A stretch of 63,983 nt of DNA, filler included, from Reticulomyxa filosa (Eukaryota > Protista > Foraminifera), in NCBI GenBank assembly GCA_000512085.1. It is 22 parts of 22 records of this genome, joined end to end, with 100 filler letters (N's around TTAATTAATTAA, not from the genome) between each part and the next. Parts side by side here need not be neighbours in the genome. Positions count along the whole stretch, not along the records: positions 1 to 2,555 come from ASPP01000103.1; positions 2,656 to 4,157 come from ASPP01029697.1; positions 4,258 to 5,591 come from ASPP01005628.1; positions 5,692 to 11,699 come from ASPP01008259.1; positions 11,800 to 22,278 come from ASPP01029392.1; 17 more parts are not named here. The stretch is one strand, 5' to 3'. The notes beneath the pieces were generated by a model that saw nothing but the letters and a program-made list of their open reading frames with translations, had not been told where the DNA came from and made no database searches. The position numbers and the translations under genes are program-made. This document shows, piece by piece, positions 1-11,998 of the stretch. Position 1 is the first letter of the stretch, and each line of letters opens with the position of its first letter.

Positions 1-1390
1 GGGTTCCAAAGTTCACTTGGGTTTTGCGAGAATTGCTTATTACGGTGTATCATGAGTACTACAATACAAATACGAAAATCAAACAGCATTCAAAGTGTAG
101 TAAAAAGAAATTTTAAATGATAACAATAAAATATTACAAAAAGTCAGATGAAAAAAAAAATAATAATAAAAATTTAATAACAGTAGCCACGCATGTCAAT
201 AAATTTTTATTTTAAATTTTTTTACACGAAAGAAAACAAAAAGGTGTTGGACAAATTCACACAAGATGTTTCTGTCAATTCACTTTCCCCAAATTCCGTT
301 TACATCATCCACTTCCATCCATTTTATCAACTTTCCCTACCTTTCACTTACTTGCTATCCATTTCCATGTACTCATTTTGTGACGGAGAAACTTCATATC
401 CAAAAAAATAAAAAGGGTACAAATTTTACTTGAATTTTTTGTTTTTCGTTTTTATTTGATCAGTTTTTTGTCAACAATAGCAAAGGTTTTTTGTTTGCTT
501 TTCTTTGTTTTTGTGATTTAGGGTTTTGTGCTATAATTAGTTGTTTTGTTGTGAAAAGTTGTTTGTTAGAAACAAGCAAAAGTTATTTGTAGTGCTGTTT
601 TTGAGTGAGGTTTTTTTTTGTCAGCAAATATCACAATTTTGAACACGAGGTGTGTTTTAATTTTTTCCCATTGAATATTTATTTAAATTTTTCACGGTAT
701 CATTTTTTTTTCATTGAATTAAATTTTGGTATTTGTAGTGAAAGCGATCATTAAAGTAACTTTTGACAGATTTTCACGCTGTTTGAACCAAAAGCATTAT
801 GAATGAAAAGTGACCATATCAATGATGCGGTCCAACTACTTGCACTAAAAGCTGAATATGTTTAATTAAAAAAATATTGTCAGATTTTCAATGTTAGAAA
901 ATATTATTCAACTTGACACATCAAAACTTTGAACAAAAAAAAAGAAAAAAAACAAGACAAAAAAAAACACCGCTTGCACATGTGCAATAATAATGTGTTG
1001 AACACCAGTGTAAAAGGATTGATGTGATATCAATCTTACTTACCGAATTTGTAGAAAAATTATCTTCAAAAGTCGAAATGGAGAGACAAACTGAAAAATT
1101 AAAACGCAACTAAAATTGTTCTCCATCAAAAGGTAGCATCACTCACATATTCTTTACACACTGGATTAGCAAAAAAAAAAAAAAAAAAATAACAACCTTA
1201 AAACGAATATTCGCCAAAATGGAACAAAGGGAAAAAACGTCACGAATTGAAGCAAAAAAAAAAAAAAACTCAACGAATAACAAAATGAAGAAAAAGAAGA
1301 AAAACAAACACATGGACAAACAAACAAACAAATAAAAAAAAACAAAAATAAAATAAGGAGTAAAAAAATAAAGAAAACCACTACTATGAG

Positions 1391-2329
1391 CTACGACATA
1401 GTGAAATGTTCTTGAGTTTGATCTTGAACAGTGACAGATCTGTCATTTGCCAAAGCCCCAGTCGATGGTAAGCGTAACAAGTCATTGGACACGTGATCAT
1501 TGGGTTTGTTTGTAGTATGTATACCATTATGATTGCTATCGTTCAAGTGAATATCGAGAGGTGATTGTTGTGGTTTTTCTTTCCATGACTCGGAGCGATA
1601 ATCTTTCAAAGATTTGTGAGACAACGACACCGAAGGTTCGTTGTTATCCTGTTGTTCTTCATGTTTGTTAGGTAGAACATAGTTGTTTGTGGATTGAGGC
1701 GACAAGCTCAAAAGGTTTCCATGGCTGCTACGCGTATGCGTACCACTTTGGTCATTGCTTAAACTGCGATTTTCTTCGCCGTTCAAATTGGGCAATGAGT
1801 TTTGTTCTTCGAAGACAGCCCTCAAATGATTGACTTTGTCTTTGTCCAAAATATGGATCGACGTTTGATCGACACGAGGCAATCGCGGTACGTTGTCATT
1901 GGTGGGATGTATTTGCGCAATTGCGTTTTTGTTTGGAGAAGGTGGATTTTGTGTGGTCACAATGGTGATGCCCGGTTCGGGACTGTCCGTTGTGCCACCA
2001 ATGTCAAGATTGGGTGAAGGAGGAGTATCGAGAACAATGGATTCGCGAGTGTTTTGAGGATCGACAACAACCAAAAGGTGGATCCCGTTATTCGTTTGCA
2101 CTTTGTTATTGGAATGAAGATTTTGAGCCTTGTCTTCACTTAGCACGGTCAAAGGCATTGCAGAATTGGGGGTGATGATGGTCATTTCGATGTGATTGGC
2201 AGGTCCAGAGGACGAAGACGTGAGATTTCGTGCACTGCCACTGTCCTCCAAAGTGTGTTGAAAGTCATTTCCAGTGGTATTTGCTTCGTGATTGTAATCC
2301 TCAAATATAATCATGCCATCTTCATCCAA
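1391..2329 (-). CDS. Low-complexity, probably disordered protein exon (N/S/T/P/H-rich); likely the 3' end of a larger gene
   Basis: 312-codon stop-free ORF, higher GC than its flanks, no recognisable domain. Confidence 0.6.
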   Translation of the reverse strand: MDEDGMIIFEDYNHEANTTGNDFQHTLEDSGSARNLTSSSSGPANHIEMTIITPNSAMPLTVLSEDKAQNLHSNNKVQTNNGIHLLVVVDPQNTRESIVLDTPPSPNLDIGGTTDSPEPGITIVTTQNPPSPNKNAIAQIHPTNDNVPRLPRVDQTSIHILDKDKVNHLRAVFEEQNSLPNLNGEENRSLSNDQSGTHTRSSHGNLLSLSPQSTNNYVLPNKHEEQQDNNEPSVSLSHKSLKDYRSESWKEKPQQSPLDIHLNDSNHNGIHTTNKPNDHVSNDLLRLPSTGALANDRSVTVQDQTQEHFTMS

Positions 2330-2432
2330 TTCCTCATTTTTTTTTCTTTGATTTCTTTTTTCCCGTTTTTAGCTCGACGTCGCTGTTGGCATTTGCGTTT
2401 ACAGTGGCGGTGGCGGCAATAGTGGTAATGGA

Positions 2433-2555
2433 AGCAGCAGTAGCAGTAGTAGTAGCAGTAGTAGCAGTAGCAGTAGTAGCAGTAGTAGTAGTAGCAGTAG
2501 TAGCAGTAGCAGTAGTAGCAGTCGTAGTAGCAGTCGTAGTAGCAGTCGTAGTAGC
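2433..2555. repeat. (GCA/GTA)n trinucleotide microsatellite at contig end
   Basis: Visible tandem gcagtagtagca... run up to the spacer. Confidence 0.9.
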
Positions 2556-2655
2556 NNNNNNNNNNNNNNNNNNNNNNNNNNNNNNNNNNNNNNNNNNNNT
2601 TAATTAATTAANNNNNNNNNNNNNNNNNNNNNNNNNNNNNNNNNNNNNNNNNNNN
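2556..2655. other. Artificial contig spacer N44-TTAATTAATTAA-N44 (first of 21; others start at 4158, 5592, 11700, 22279, 23718, 27239, 29096, 30207, 36894, 38840, 40759, 42109, 44112, 45632, 48466, 49870, 51034, 54706, 55806, 57102)
   Basis: The same 100-nt unit recurs 21 times. Its palindromic core gives stops in all six frames, and composition and gene content change abruptly across each copy. Confidence 0.98.
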
Positions 2656-2667
2656 TTTTTTTTTGAC

Positions 2668-3654
2668 TTGTTTGGATATCGGCAATAATGATAGAACCGG
2701 AACAAAATAATTATTGATAAGAAATTCGGAATTATGATCAGTTCCACCAATCAGATAAATCAAGCTTAAATCACGTGATGATATTGCGTAACAATGACCC
2801 ATTCGAACTGGTAATTTGAATGTAGATTTGATCCAATTTTGGTTGGCAATAGAATAAATGTATACACTATCAGTTGCATTATTGAAAATCCTTCCTCCAA
2901 ATAACACAATATGACCCAACACACATACGTAACCATAACCTATTGTTCCCTTTAAACCATTAGGAAATGGTAATTTTTCAACTTTCATTGATAATGTTGC
3001 TTCATCAAATTTTAATAGCAGACATTGATTCTGCTGCATTAAGATGAAATAATTGGGTAGATTCACATCAAAATATTGAAATGGTACCATACAATGATAT
3101 AAATATGTTTGTGGCAATTTTATCTCTGTTTGCAAATATTGAAAATTATTTAAATCAAGAATGTCCATTTTTTTTTGATATGTGATAAATAACAAATTCA
3201 AGTTCGTTCCTCCAATGCATGCACGTGTTCCATCTATATATTCTCTAAGAGCTAATTTTTCTTTTGTTTGTTCATTGATTAATGATATCCATTCATTTAA
3301 TTGTTTTTGTTTATCATTCCAAACGCTATGATATTTCATCATCAATGTGTGACTCTGACAATGTCCATTTTTTCCACCAAATGATAACAATATAATTTCA
3401 TGTTCATTGGCCTTGTGATGAAGTAAAGTACTGCACGCAATAACCACATGACCTCGCATTTGATTCAATGAATCTGGGTATGAGCGTATACGCCGATATG
3501 CCTTGAGTTTAGTGTGATAAGAATAACAATGAATATGAGTAAACCCACCGCAGATCAGTAGTTCGTCTTCAAAAGCTACGCATTGAGTACCAGAAAGTTC
3601 TGTTGGCAAATGTGGTTCTGAAATAAATTCATTACGGAGTGTTAAATCTGTCAT
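2668..3654 (-). CDS. Kelch-repeat (beta-propeller) protein, 3' truncated
   Basis: Kelch GG...Y...W motifs: ELLICGGF..CYSYH, IVLFGG...VYIYSIANQNW, IYLIGG. First ATG at 3654; probable intron donor near 2668 at the contig end. Confidence 0.85.
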
Positions 3655-4276
3655 TAGCAATTTAAAAGAAGTTTCTTTCGAATTCTAAAACTAGAGTTTT
3701 TTTTGACAAAATGAAGAGATAATTACAATTTTAATTTTTTAAATAGGAAAGTTTTTAATGATTAAATCTTGTTTCTGGGATAGTCCTTGAAAGAAACGAG
3801 TACAAAATTTAATTGTTTATAAAGTTAGTAAAAAACCTCACCAGAAAAAAGGGGTTCCAACTTTCCTATCATTGACAATGACCAATCTTGAACCACTCCC
3901 AGACATTCCCGTCCAAGAATTAGAAAAGCGTCTATCTGATGAAATTAATTTTTCAACGGTACTTGCATAAATAAAGCATATAACAACAAACACAAGCAAA
4001 CAAGACACATTATAAGAAAGGGAAAAAGAGGACTTTATATAAAACAACAAATGTATGTTGACATGCAAAAAAAAAAAAAAGGTTCCCACAAAAAATGCAA
4101 ATGGATCACACAATAATCCAACTAAAGTTTAGAATTATTTATTTTGACTATACGTGANNNNNNNNNNNNNNNNNNNNNNNNNNNNNNNNNNNNNNNNNNN
4201 NTTAATTAATTAANNNNNNNNNNNNNNNNNNNNNNNNNNNNNNNNNNNNNNNNNNNNAGATGATATTGAATTGTAT

Positions 4277-5551
4277 TCATCGTAGAAGAATTCTGATTAC
4301 AGATTTGGATTCCCCAAGATCTCTAGTATATATAAATAAAAAAATCGTGATTGAATTTTGAATATTGAATTTTATTGACTCAATGATGTCTAAGCTATCT
4401 CGTGGAACATACAACTCCACATCGTCTTCTTCGTCGACCACTCTTCCTCCGCTTTTTGCTTCTTCTTCTTCTTCTCCATTGTCGTTGTCATTATTGTGGT
4501 GAGGAGGTACCTCTGGTGCGTCGTCAAAGTGCTCTTCCTCCGTCGCTGGACTCTCACACAACACTGGGTACATCTTTGCAGTCGCACGGGTGCCACTCAC
4601 AGCAAAGTTCAATCCTAAATATAACCGAGATGTGTCTATTGCTTGGTCCGTCCCTGTTCCTGTTCCTGTTCCTGTTCCTGTTCCTGTTTTTGTTCCTGTG
4701 GTCATCTTGCTATCATGTGCACTTGCACTTGTATTTGTATTTGTATTTGTATTTGTATTTGTGATGGATGTGCCAGGAAGTGTCTCTGTGCGTCGACTCC
4801 CGTTTTTTGTCTTACTATACACACTATGACGTGTCGAGTGTTGCTGATCTTTGCTCGAGTCGTTGTCAATCATCGACAACGCCATCTCTTCTTCTTCTTC
4901 TTCTTCTTCTTCTTTCTTTTTTTTGAGATACATGTGTCTGGGATACACCGATGGGCTCGACCATCTCTCTCTTCTCTTTCTCTCCTTCTCCTCCTCTTCT
5001 TCTTCTTCTTCTTCTTCTTCTTCTTCTTTTTCTTCCTCCACACTCAACGATTGCACTTTCAATATCTCTTGCGCAAATGCCTTTTTCGATATCACTCCAT
5101 TTGTGCTATTGCCTTGCACATTGGCATGATCGCCATTGCCGTTGACAATAACCTTGGTATCAACACCAATACCAATACCAATACCATGGTCATTATTGAC
5201 ACTCGTGGAACTCGGATTGGGCGTGGCACTCCCACGGTTATGGTCGGACTTGAGTGGAGTGGAGGGACTGAAATGCACTACAATGTCGCTGCCGGCAGCA
5301 AAGTTTAAATTGCTGGAATACACTTGAATGCCCGCGGGAAACGGGCGAGGAGAACACGTGCTCGGATTGTCTGCTTTCGACTGAATCCTGTCTCGCAGAC
5401 TCGACGCCTGTCGCACGAGTACGCGGCTCGTCTTCTTCGCCGATCGCATCATGTACAGCATGCACGCCTCGCACGCACAGCAATAGCGATGGTAGTTGTC
5501 CGAATACCAAGAGCTCATTAGCACCAAGCAGCAGCTATTCGCTTTATAACA
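4277..5551 (-). CDS. Low-complexity protein exon(s) with poly-E, (TN)n and (TG)n tracts
   Basis: Longest ORF of the contig (425 codons). Codon-phased microsatellites; no domain recognised. Confidence 0.55.
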   Translation of the reverse strand, partial: CYKANSCCLVLMSSWYSDNYHRYCCACEACMLYMMRSAKKTSRVLVRQASSLRDRIQSKADNPSTCSPRPFPAGIQVYSSNLNFAAGSDIVVHFSPSTPLKSDHNRGSATPNPSSTSVNNDHGIGIGIGVDTKVIVNGNGDHANVQGNSTNGVISKKAFAQEILKVQSLSVEEEKEEEEEEEEEEEEEKERKRRERWSSPSVYPRHMYLKKKKEEEEEEEEEMALSMIDNDSSKDQQHSTRHSVYSKTKNGSRRTETLPGTSITNTNTNTNTNTSASAHDSKMTTGTKTGTGTGTGTGTGTDQAIDTSRLYLGLNFAVSGTRATAKMYPVLCESPATEEEHFDDAPEVPPHHNNDNDNGEEEEEAKSGGRVVDEEDDVELYVPRDSLDIIESIKFNIQNSITIFLFIYTRDLGESKSVIRILLR

Positions 5552-5552
5552 C

Positions 5553-5591
<39 letters not shown>

Positions 5592-5756
5592 NNNNNNNNN
5601 NNNNNNNNNNNNNNNNNNNNNNNNNNNNNNNNNNNTTAATTAATTAANNNNNNNNNNNNNNNNNNNNNNNNNNNNNNNNNNNNNNNNNNNNTGTTCATAT
5701 CTATATTTTATTATACGTTTTTTTTTTTGTTTTTTTTTTTTTTTTTTTTTTTTAGG

Positions 5757-7232
5757 TCACCCAGGCAGAAATTATCATACACATGTATATATACTTATGT
5801 GTGCATACGTAACAATACTTATGTGTATAACTTACGATGTAATCGAAGATCGAAAGAAGATTTCATAAAGGAGGGGCTAACACAGCCATTACAGTTTTCT
5901 TCCAACGTGCCCAAACTGTCAATATTGAAAGAAAATACCGAACCCTTGGGCCAAGCGCTCCACCTGTATGACAAATATTGCAACGAGGTCACGGCCAACC
6001 AATTACTGAACTTGCGGGGAAACACGACGCAAGGCCTCAAGAAATTCTGGGCCAATGTCGAAAAAGTATGCAGTGATCGTCAATTGACCTCGGAGCAACA
6101 AGCTGCTCAACTCCCCTCACCCGTCGCCCTTTATCGAATGTTTGACAGTGCTGAGGTCGATGTCATGCAATTGCTCCAGGGCAGTTGGGACCGATTCCAG
6201 CTCGCCATTTCTCAGCAGTACGGGCTGACTCCAGAAGACAATGTCGGTGCCAACACGGACAATCCGGTCAATTCCAACTCCAATCCTAATCCAAATGTCA
6301 ATGTCAATATCAATGACAATGACAATGACAATGGAAAAAGTCATCCCAAAATCAATATAACACATCTTCCGATTAACAGTCAAAGCCAAGTCGAAATGGA
6401 ATTGCATCAGACACGTAAACACAGCAAGAGCAAGAGCCACTCGCATACGCCTCCTCACGTCCATCCTTCCAAACCTGACCCGGTATCAACCCAACATCCT
6501 GTCTCGGAGGCAGAGTATGATATATCCCAGGCCAAAGTGGTCAAAATGGATACCAAACAATTGCCCAGTCATCAAAGTTTTGATTCTTATATACACGTTT
6601 TTACGTATACATACATAATAGATATGTATATACATATACACATATATACTTATATATTGTATTATATATGCATCTGTGTATATAGTGAGCCAAGTCGGTG
6701 ACGTCAGAGTGTTGTTGTATGTTGTCGTGGTTACACTACAGTGGCAGAATCAGGGGTGCTGGATCTTGGAGTAGAACATGTACAGTCTTTCACTTTGGAC
6801 ATTGCGCAAGCAATGTCTGGACACTTGATGGAGAGCATGCGTAGTGAACGTGTGTTGTTCACGGCTGCACAGATGGATAAGGCGAATCCACCGATGCCTG
6901 TCGAGGAAAGTGTCAGTGGAATGGATCCAGCTCTTCGTGTGACGAAAAGGGACGACGAAATTACCAGTCCTCCTATACTTCCTGGATCTTCCAAAATGGA
7001 AATCCCATTACCGACCGCCGAAGAGAGTATGAGTGTCAGTCATCCCGACTGGGTTAATGCTATCGATCAACGACTCACTCTTAATTATAGCCAAGTCGTC
7101 CCAACTTCTCAAATGTCCTTAGATTTGAGCTCCATTTTGGACAAACCGATGGAAGAAAAGAAATCAGTTCCTACTTTACCGGCCTTGTATGAAAATGATA
7201 ATGTTATTGAAAAAAGCCAAGGAGAAAGTTGA
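5757..7232 (+). CDS. RGS-domain protein, C-terminal exons
   Basis: ALHLYDKYC...LLNL...MFDSAEVDVMQLLQGSWDRF resembles the terminal RGS helices (Y.KYI...EINIS...FD.A..E...L...S..RF). TA-rich introns near 5790-5850 and 6577-6683. Confidence 0.65.
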
Positions 7233-9629
7233 AAGAAGATTACCAATAAGTACATTCATGTGTTCAATACTTTCAATAAGCATCGAACACTTTTGAAAGC
7301 AGAGGGGAGGAAAAAATTATTGTTCACTTCAGTTTTTTTTTTCTCTTTGTGAATTTGTTTCGGTTGATGACCAGGCATCCGACTTTCCTTCTTTTCTTTT
7401 TTGTATTTTTCCCTTTCTTACTTTTGATCAGATAAAAACTCAATTTAGTCGTGAAAAATGTTACTCAATTTCTAGAAGGGATAACCCCTTCCTTCCTCTG
7501 TTTTTTAGTGTTTGCTTTCAAACCCTTTTAATAAAAAAATCACAAGTTTCTTCTGCAGTTTTTTAGCATAAGAAATGTTTCATTGGTTCTAGAAAATTAG
7601 CACCCAGTGTCTTATTTTTTGTAATTGAGTTTGAAAGTCAGCAATGCAATAAATCACTGTTGTCATATTTACAGAATTCATCTTTTCATTTTTTTGAAGT
7701 ATATAGACTCAGTGTCCTAAAAAACTCAATATGTTACTCGTCATAAGCCAATAATCAAAGTTTTAAAAATTGAGACAACTTAGTATATTGTGAAATAACA
7801 TGTGATAAATTTGTATTTGCAGAAGTATTCATGCTGAACTTTTTCACACAACATGTTGCTTATATTTGAATCAATGTGACTATGTATTTTGTGGCTGCGT
7901 TCTGGTTTATATAATTCCCCCAGTTTTGTCATGCTTCTGCATTTATGTTTTCATCTAGCAACAATCGTAATATTTTATGTCAGTTAGCTTTATTCCACAT
8001 ATTTTAAGTATATATATTGAAATTAAATCAGACTTGATGTTGTTCGATATTAGCAATGTCTCAGTTGTGTATTGAATTATGATAGAATCATATATATCGT
8101 TCTATTGCTATTGTTATATACACCAAATGGTGAAGTTGATTTATCAGTATATTATTATCCGATGATCAAAATTTGTTGTTTTGCTAGTAACGAGTTACTC
8201 GTTTACTTGCTCGAATGCACTGACTACTATATACGTTAAATTTTTATATTTTCATTAATATTTTAAAATTAAATAGCATTCGAGCTTATGTTTCAAAATC
8301 ATAAAAAAGAAAAATATTACCACATAATTAATAAAAAGGAACAAGCAAACAAAAAGTATTGAATTGCCCCAAAAATTATAAAAGAAATACTTGAAACAAA
8401 TGCGTGTCTATGAATTTGTTCTGTAATCTAAAAAATTAAAGTAAATTAGTTAAAGTGTGTTATCGCGATCGTGTTGTCCTTTTGTAATGCGATCTTTGTT
8501 CTACGCTTTCACTGTACATAATCAATAATTTCATTTATAACACATAACAACGATCAACAACACTAACAACCATAAAGTGTTTGATAACATCAACTTACAT
8601 AACTTCGTACAAACTACAATCAACAACGTATTGAACATACTAATAACGACTAGCAGAATGGATAAATAATTTAATCAATGTGATCATCTTGGAATAGCAT
8701 TTTTTGTACGTATAATCATATCACAAGCAATACTGAACAAGTACATAAGATTATTACTGACAATACAAAGTTTAGTGCGTTTTTTCGATATATGCTGCCA
8801 CAAGATTTAGCAATTATCACAAAGTACAATTGAAGTCCGTTATGCAAAGACCAAATATACAAACATATGATCACTAATTTATTTGCGTATATATAAAAGA
8901 ACTTACTTCAAGTCACGATAATGTAGTTACATAAATCAAAAATATCATTAAGCATGCTTGCTTAATTCATGAACTTGAAGTAATAATATTGTATGTCCAA
9001 CATTAGACCAGGCGACATTATTTCGAAACATATACTACAAAAAGATAGTTGATGTAGTTATTAATCTAGAAATATATATGTTTTGAATCAAGTAGACAAG
9101 ACGAAGTTGATCAATATTAACAAGATTAACAATTACAAACAAATTTACGAAAGATAATAGATCGCATACTTCACTTATAGCTGAAGCAAGATGTTATAGC
9201 ATCTAGATGTAAGAGAATTTTTAAATAAGTCCGAAGACTATTTAATTTCAAAATAAGAAAATGTAAAATAATATTTTTGTTTATTCTAACAAGCTACTTA
9301 GAATTTTAAAGATTAAATCCGATCGGTTTATAACAATAAAACGTGAATTTACTATGAAAGATTAATTTCTTTTTTTATTTGTTGAGTTAGTGCTTAAAGC
9401 TTTGTTCTAGCTATATTTGTGCCAAAGAGCAAGCAAAAAAAATACAAAAACAGTGACAATGACAGCCAAGCATCCAGATTTTTAAGCTTTGAAACAAATC
9501 TAGAATAACGAGAAAAAAAAGAAAGTGAAAGAAAAATTAAGCACAAACCAAACAACACAAAATGGAGTGTGGCCGGATAAAAATGAAAAAAACGAACGCA
9601 AAAAATTTCTGTACACAAAAGTGACTTGT

Positions 9630-11610
9630 TTAGTTTTCGATATTTCCTGCGTCTTTTTTGGTTTCCTCAGATTGATTTAAAAATGGTTTCGACTGTCTAC
9701 GCCTGTGTCCTTTCTAATTTTATTTTTGACAAAAAAAAAAAAAAATAATAATATAATCGTTTGCCAATGAGTGAAGCAAGTACGTAATTATAACACAACT
9801 TTTTGTTCCAATGACGACAATGGGACCCCAGTGACAGATTTTCCATCTTCTTCCAATTGCGAAGATTTTCCAGGTGATTGACTGCTCTCGCGTGAAGAAG
9901 GTAAACTCTTAATAGCTTGCTCTTCTCCATTTGCATATTCTTGAGGCCATTTGGTTGCCACCTGCAGTGAAAATATTTGAAATTAGACTGTTGCAAAAGA
10001 AAAAAAAAGTACAAACGTCAACTCACCAGTGAATTGGCTTTCTTTTGAATCAAATTTGCTTGGTTTTGTATTTTTTCGACATTCAATTCCTTAGCAATGG
10101 TAACAAGCAAATCGGCCATGTCTTTGATGACTTGGATATCCATTGGAACATCAGGTATTTGCATGGATTGTCTTCTCCTCTTAGAACGGTTTACGTCGTT
10201 GTCAGTGTTCGTATTAGCATTGTCACGTATTTCAATTTCCTTTTTATCCAAAGTACATTCTTTAATGTTATAAGTGGAATCCTCAATGAATTTTTTCTTG
10301 GTATCTTCAATAAGCTGTTTGCGATTAGCATCAAGGAATGGTTGGAGAGCCACTAAATCCGGAAATAGCTCTTTGCTAAATTGTTGGATGACATCAAGTA
10401 TTTGTTCGTGATGTGAAGGGCGAACGCCAATGACGAACAGATCTTCGACATTTAATTCGAACAACAGTATTCCGTCAATGCCGTGAGATTCAAACTTTGA
10501 TGCATATGGACTCAACAATGGATGCTTTTGGGCCCATTTCAACACATCGACACAGCTCCAGCGCAAGACATCAACATTTACGTCCTTTTATTTTTATTTT
10601 TTTTAAGTATAAATGTGTAATGTAAATCAATCATTATTATATGGCAACAACAGTCGTATACAGTTTACTTTAGTATGACAATCTCAAGAGAAAAGAATAA
10701 AAGCAAAACCTTGGTAATGGACTTGTCCAGCAATTTGGTGATTTCGAGGGATAGTTTGACAGCATGCAATTTTGGCAAGCCCATGGATTTGAAGTCGTCT
10801 TCGTTCATCTGTTTTAAGTGGCTGCCACGGACACTTCGGAATTTTGGGACATATTTTTCATATGCGCTTCCCATATTTTTCAGCCATTCACACACTTGAT
10901 CAATTTTCCATTTCTCCACACCAGACTCAGTTTCTTCCTTTATTTGTATAAACATACATATACATATGTATGTATTTTTAATCTTTTTTTTTTTTTTGTA
11001 CTGTTATACTCAACTTCCTCTTCCATTTCTTCAACATTTTCTAATTTCTTTGCGCGTCGTCGAAAGGATTGAGTAGCGGGATATTGCCACAACACCCCTT
11101 TGCACGTCCGGGCAAAAGGAGGTGCGCGTCGTTTGAATCCTTGCCTCCTCTGCTTGATCTCTTCTTCCAGTGCTTTTGTGTTAAATTTGCTTTTTTCCAT
11201 GTTTTCTTTTTCCTTTTCTTCTTTTTCTTTTTCTTTTTCTTTTTCTTTTTTGTCCTTGTAACAAGATTACAAACCACGGCACGCCAATTTGAATATAGAG
11301 TGAAATGAAAGCTGCACGATGCATGGAAGAAGGGGGCACACAAACAGGCAAACAAACAAAAAAAAAAAGGGGGGGGTGTGGTAGGGGGGTGTGGTGGGGG
11401 GTGGATAAACTTGGCAAGGCCGAACGTCTGCGGAAAATCTTTGCACTTGTTTTGACATTGGTTCGTTGTTTTCCCGATGCCAAAGCACATTTAGCCATTC
11501 GCCTTCTTCATCTTTCAGAATGTCAACCACTTCTCCGGCGTACCACGCACGGTGAGTGTTTGAAAATATTTCAACTTTAGCCCCTTTGCTCCATGCAATA
11601 CGAATCTATA
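9630..11610 (-). CDS. Multi-exon protein with a Tudor/Agenet-like domain and two SAM domains, 5' truncated
   Basis: SAM1 WKIDQVCEWLKNMG...YVPKF..VRGSHL..MNEDDFKSMGL (10665-10955 ORF). SAM2 WSCVDVLKW...YASKFESHGIDGILLFELNVEDLFVIGV (10018-10566 ORF). Upstream exon WSKGAKVEIFSNTHRAWYAGEVVDI...GEWLNV. Confidence 0.8.
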
Positions 11611-11998
11611 TAATTTTTTTTTTTTTGTTAATTAAAAAAAAAAAAATTGTTTATTTTTTTTAATAGCCCCCCTTTGTCCGTACTCGTCTTTTTTTTTTTN
11701 NNNNNNNNNNNNNNNNNNNNNNNNNNNNNNNNNNNNNNNNNNNTTAATTAATTAANNNNNNNNNNNNNNNNNNNNNNNNNNNNNNNNNNNNNNNNNNNNC
11801 ATATCAAATAAAATGTCCCCTTTTTTTTTTTTTTTTTTTTTTTGTATTAATTGTGTACCGATATTCAAAAGCAAATGCATCACATTGTCTTTTTTCGTAT
11901 TCTAATGAAAGAACTCATATTTTTGCATATACATAAAAAAAAAAAAAAAAACCACATATACAAACACAAACAAAAGAACAAACAATTTTCAAATATAT

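Noticed and set aside
2386-2607. ORFs with poly-F, poly-K, poly-V/A or X runs (e.g. 1143-1381, 4402-5327, 11041-11498, 43620-43865)
   Set aside because: They arise from homopolymers, microsatellites, introns or spacer Ns.
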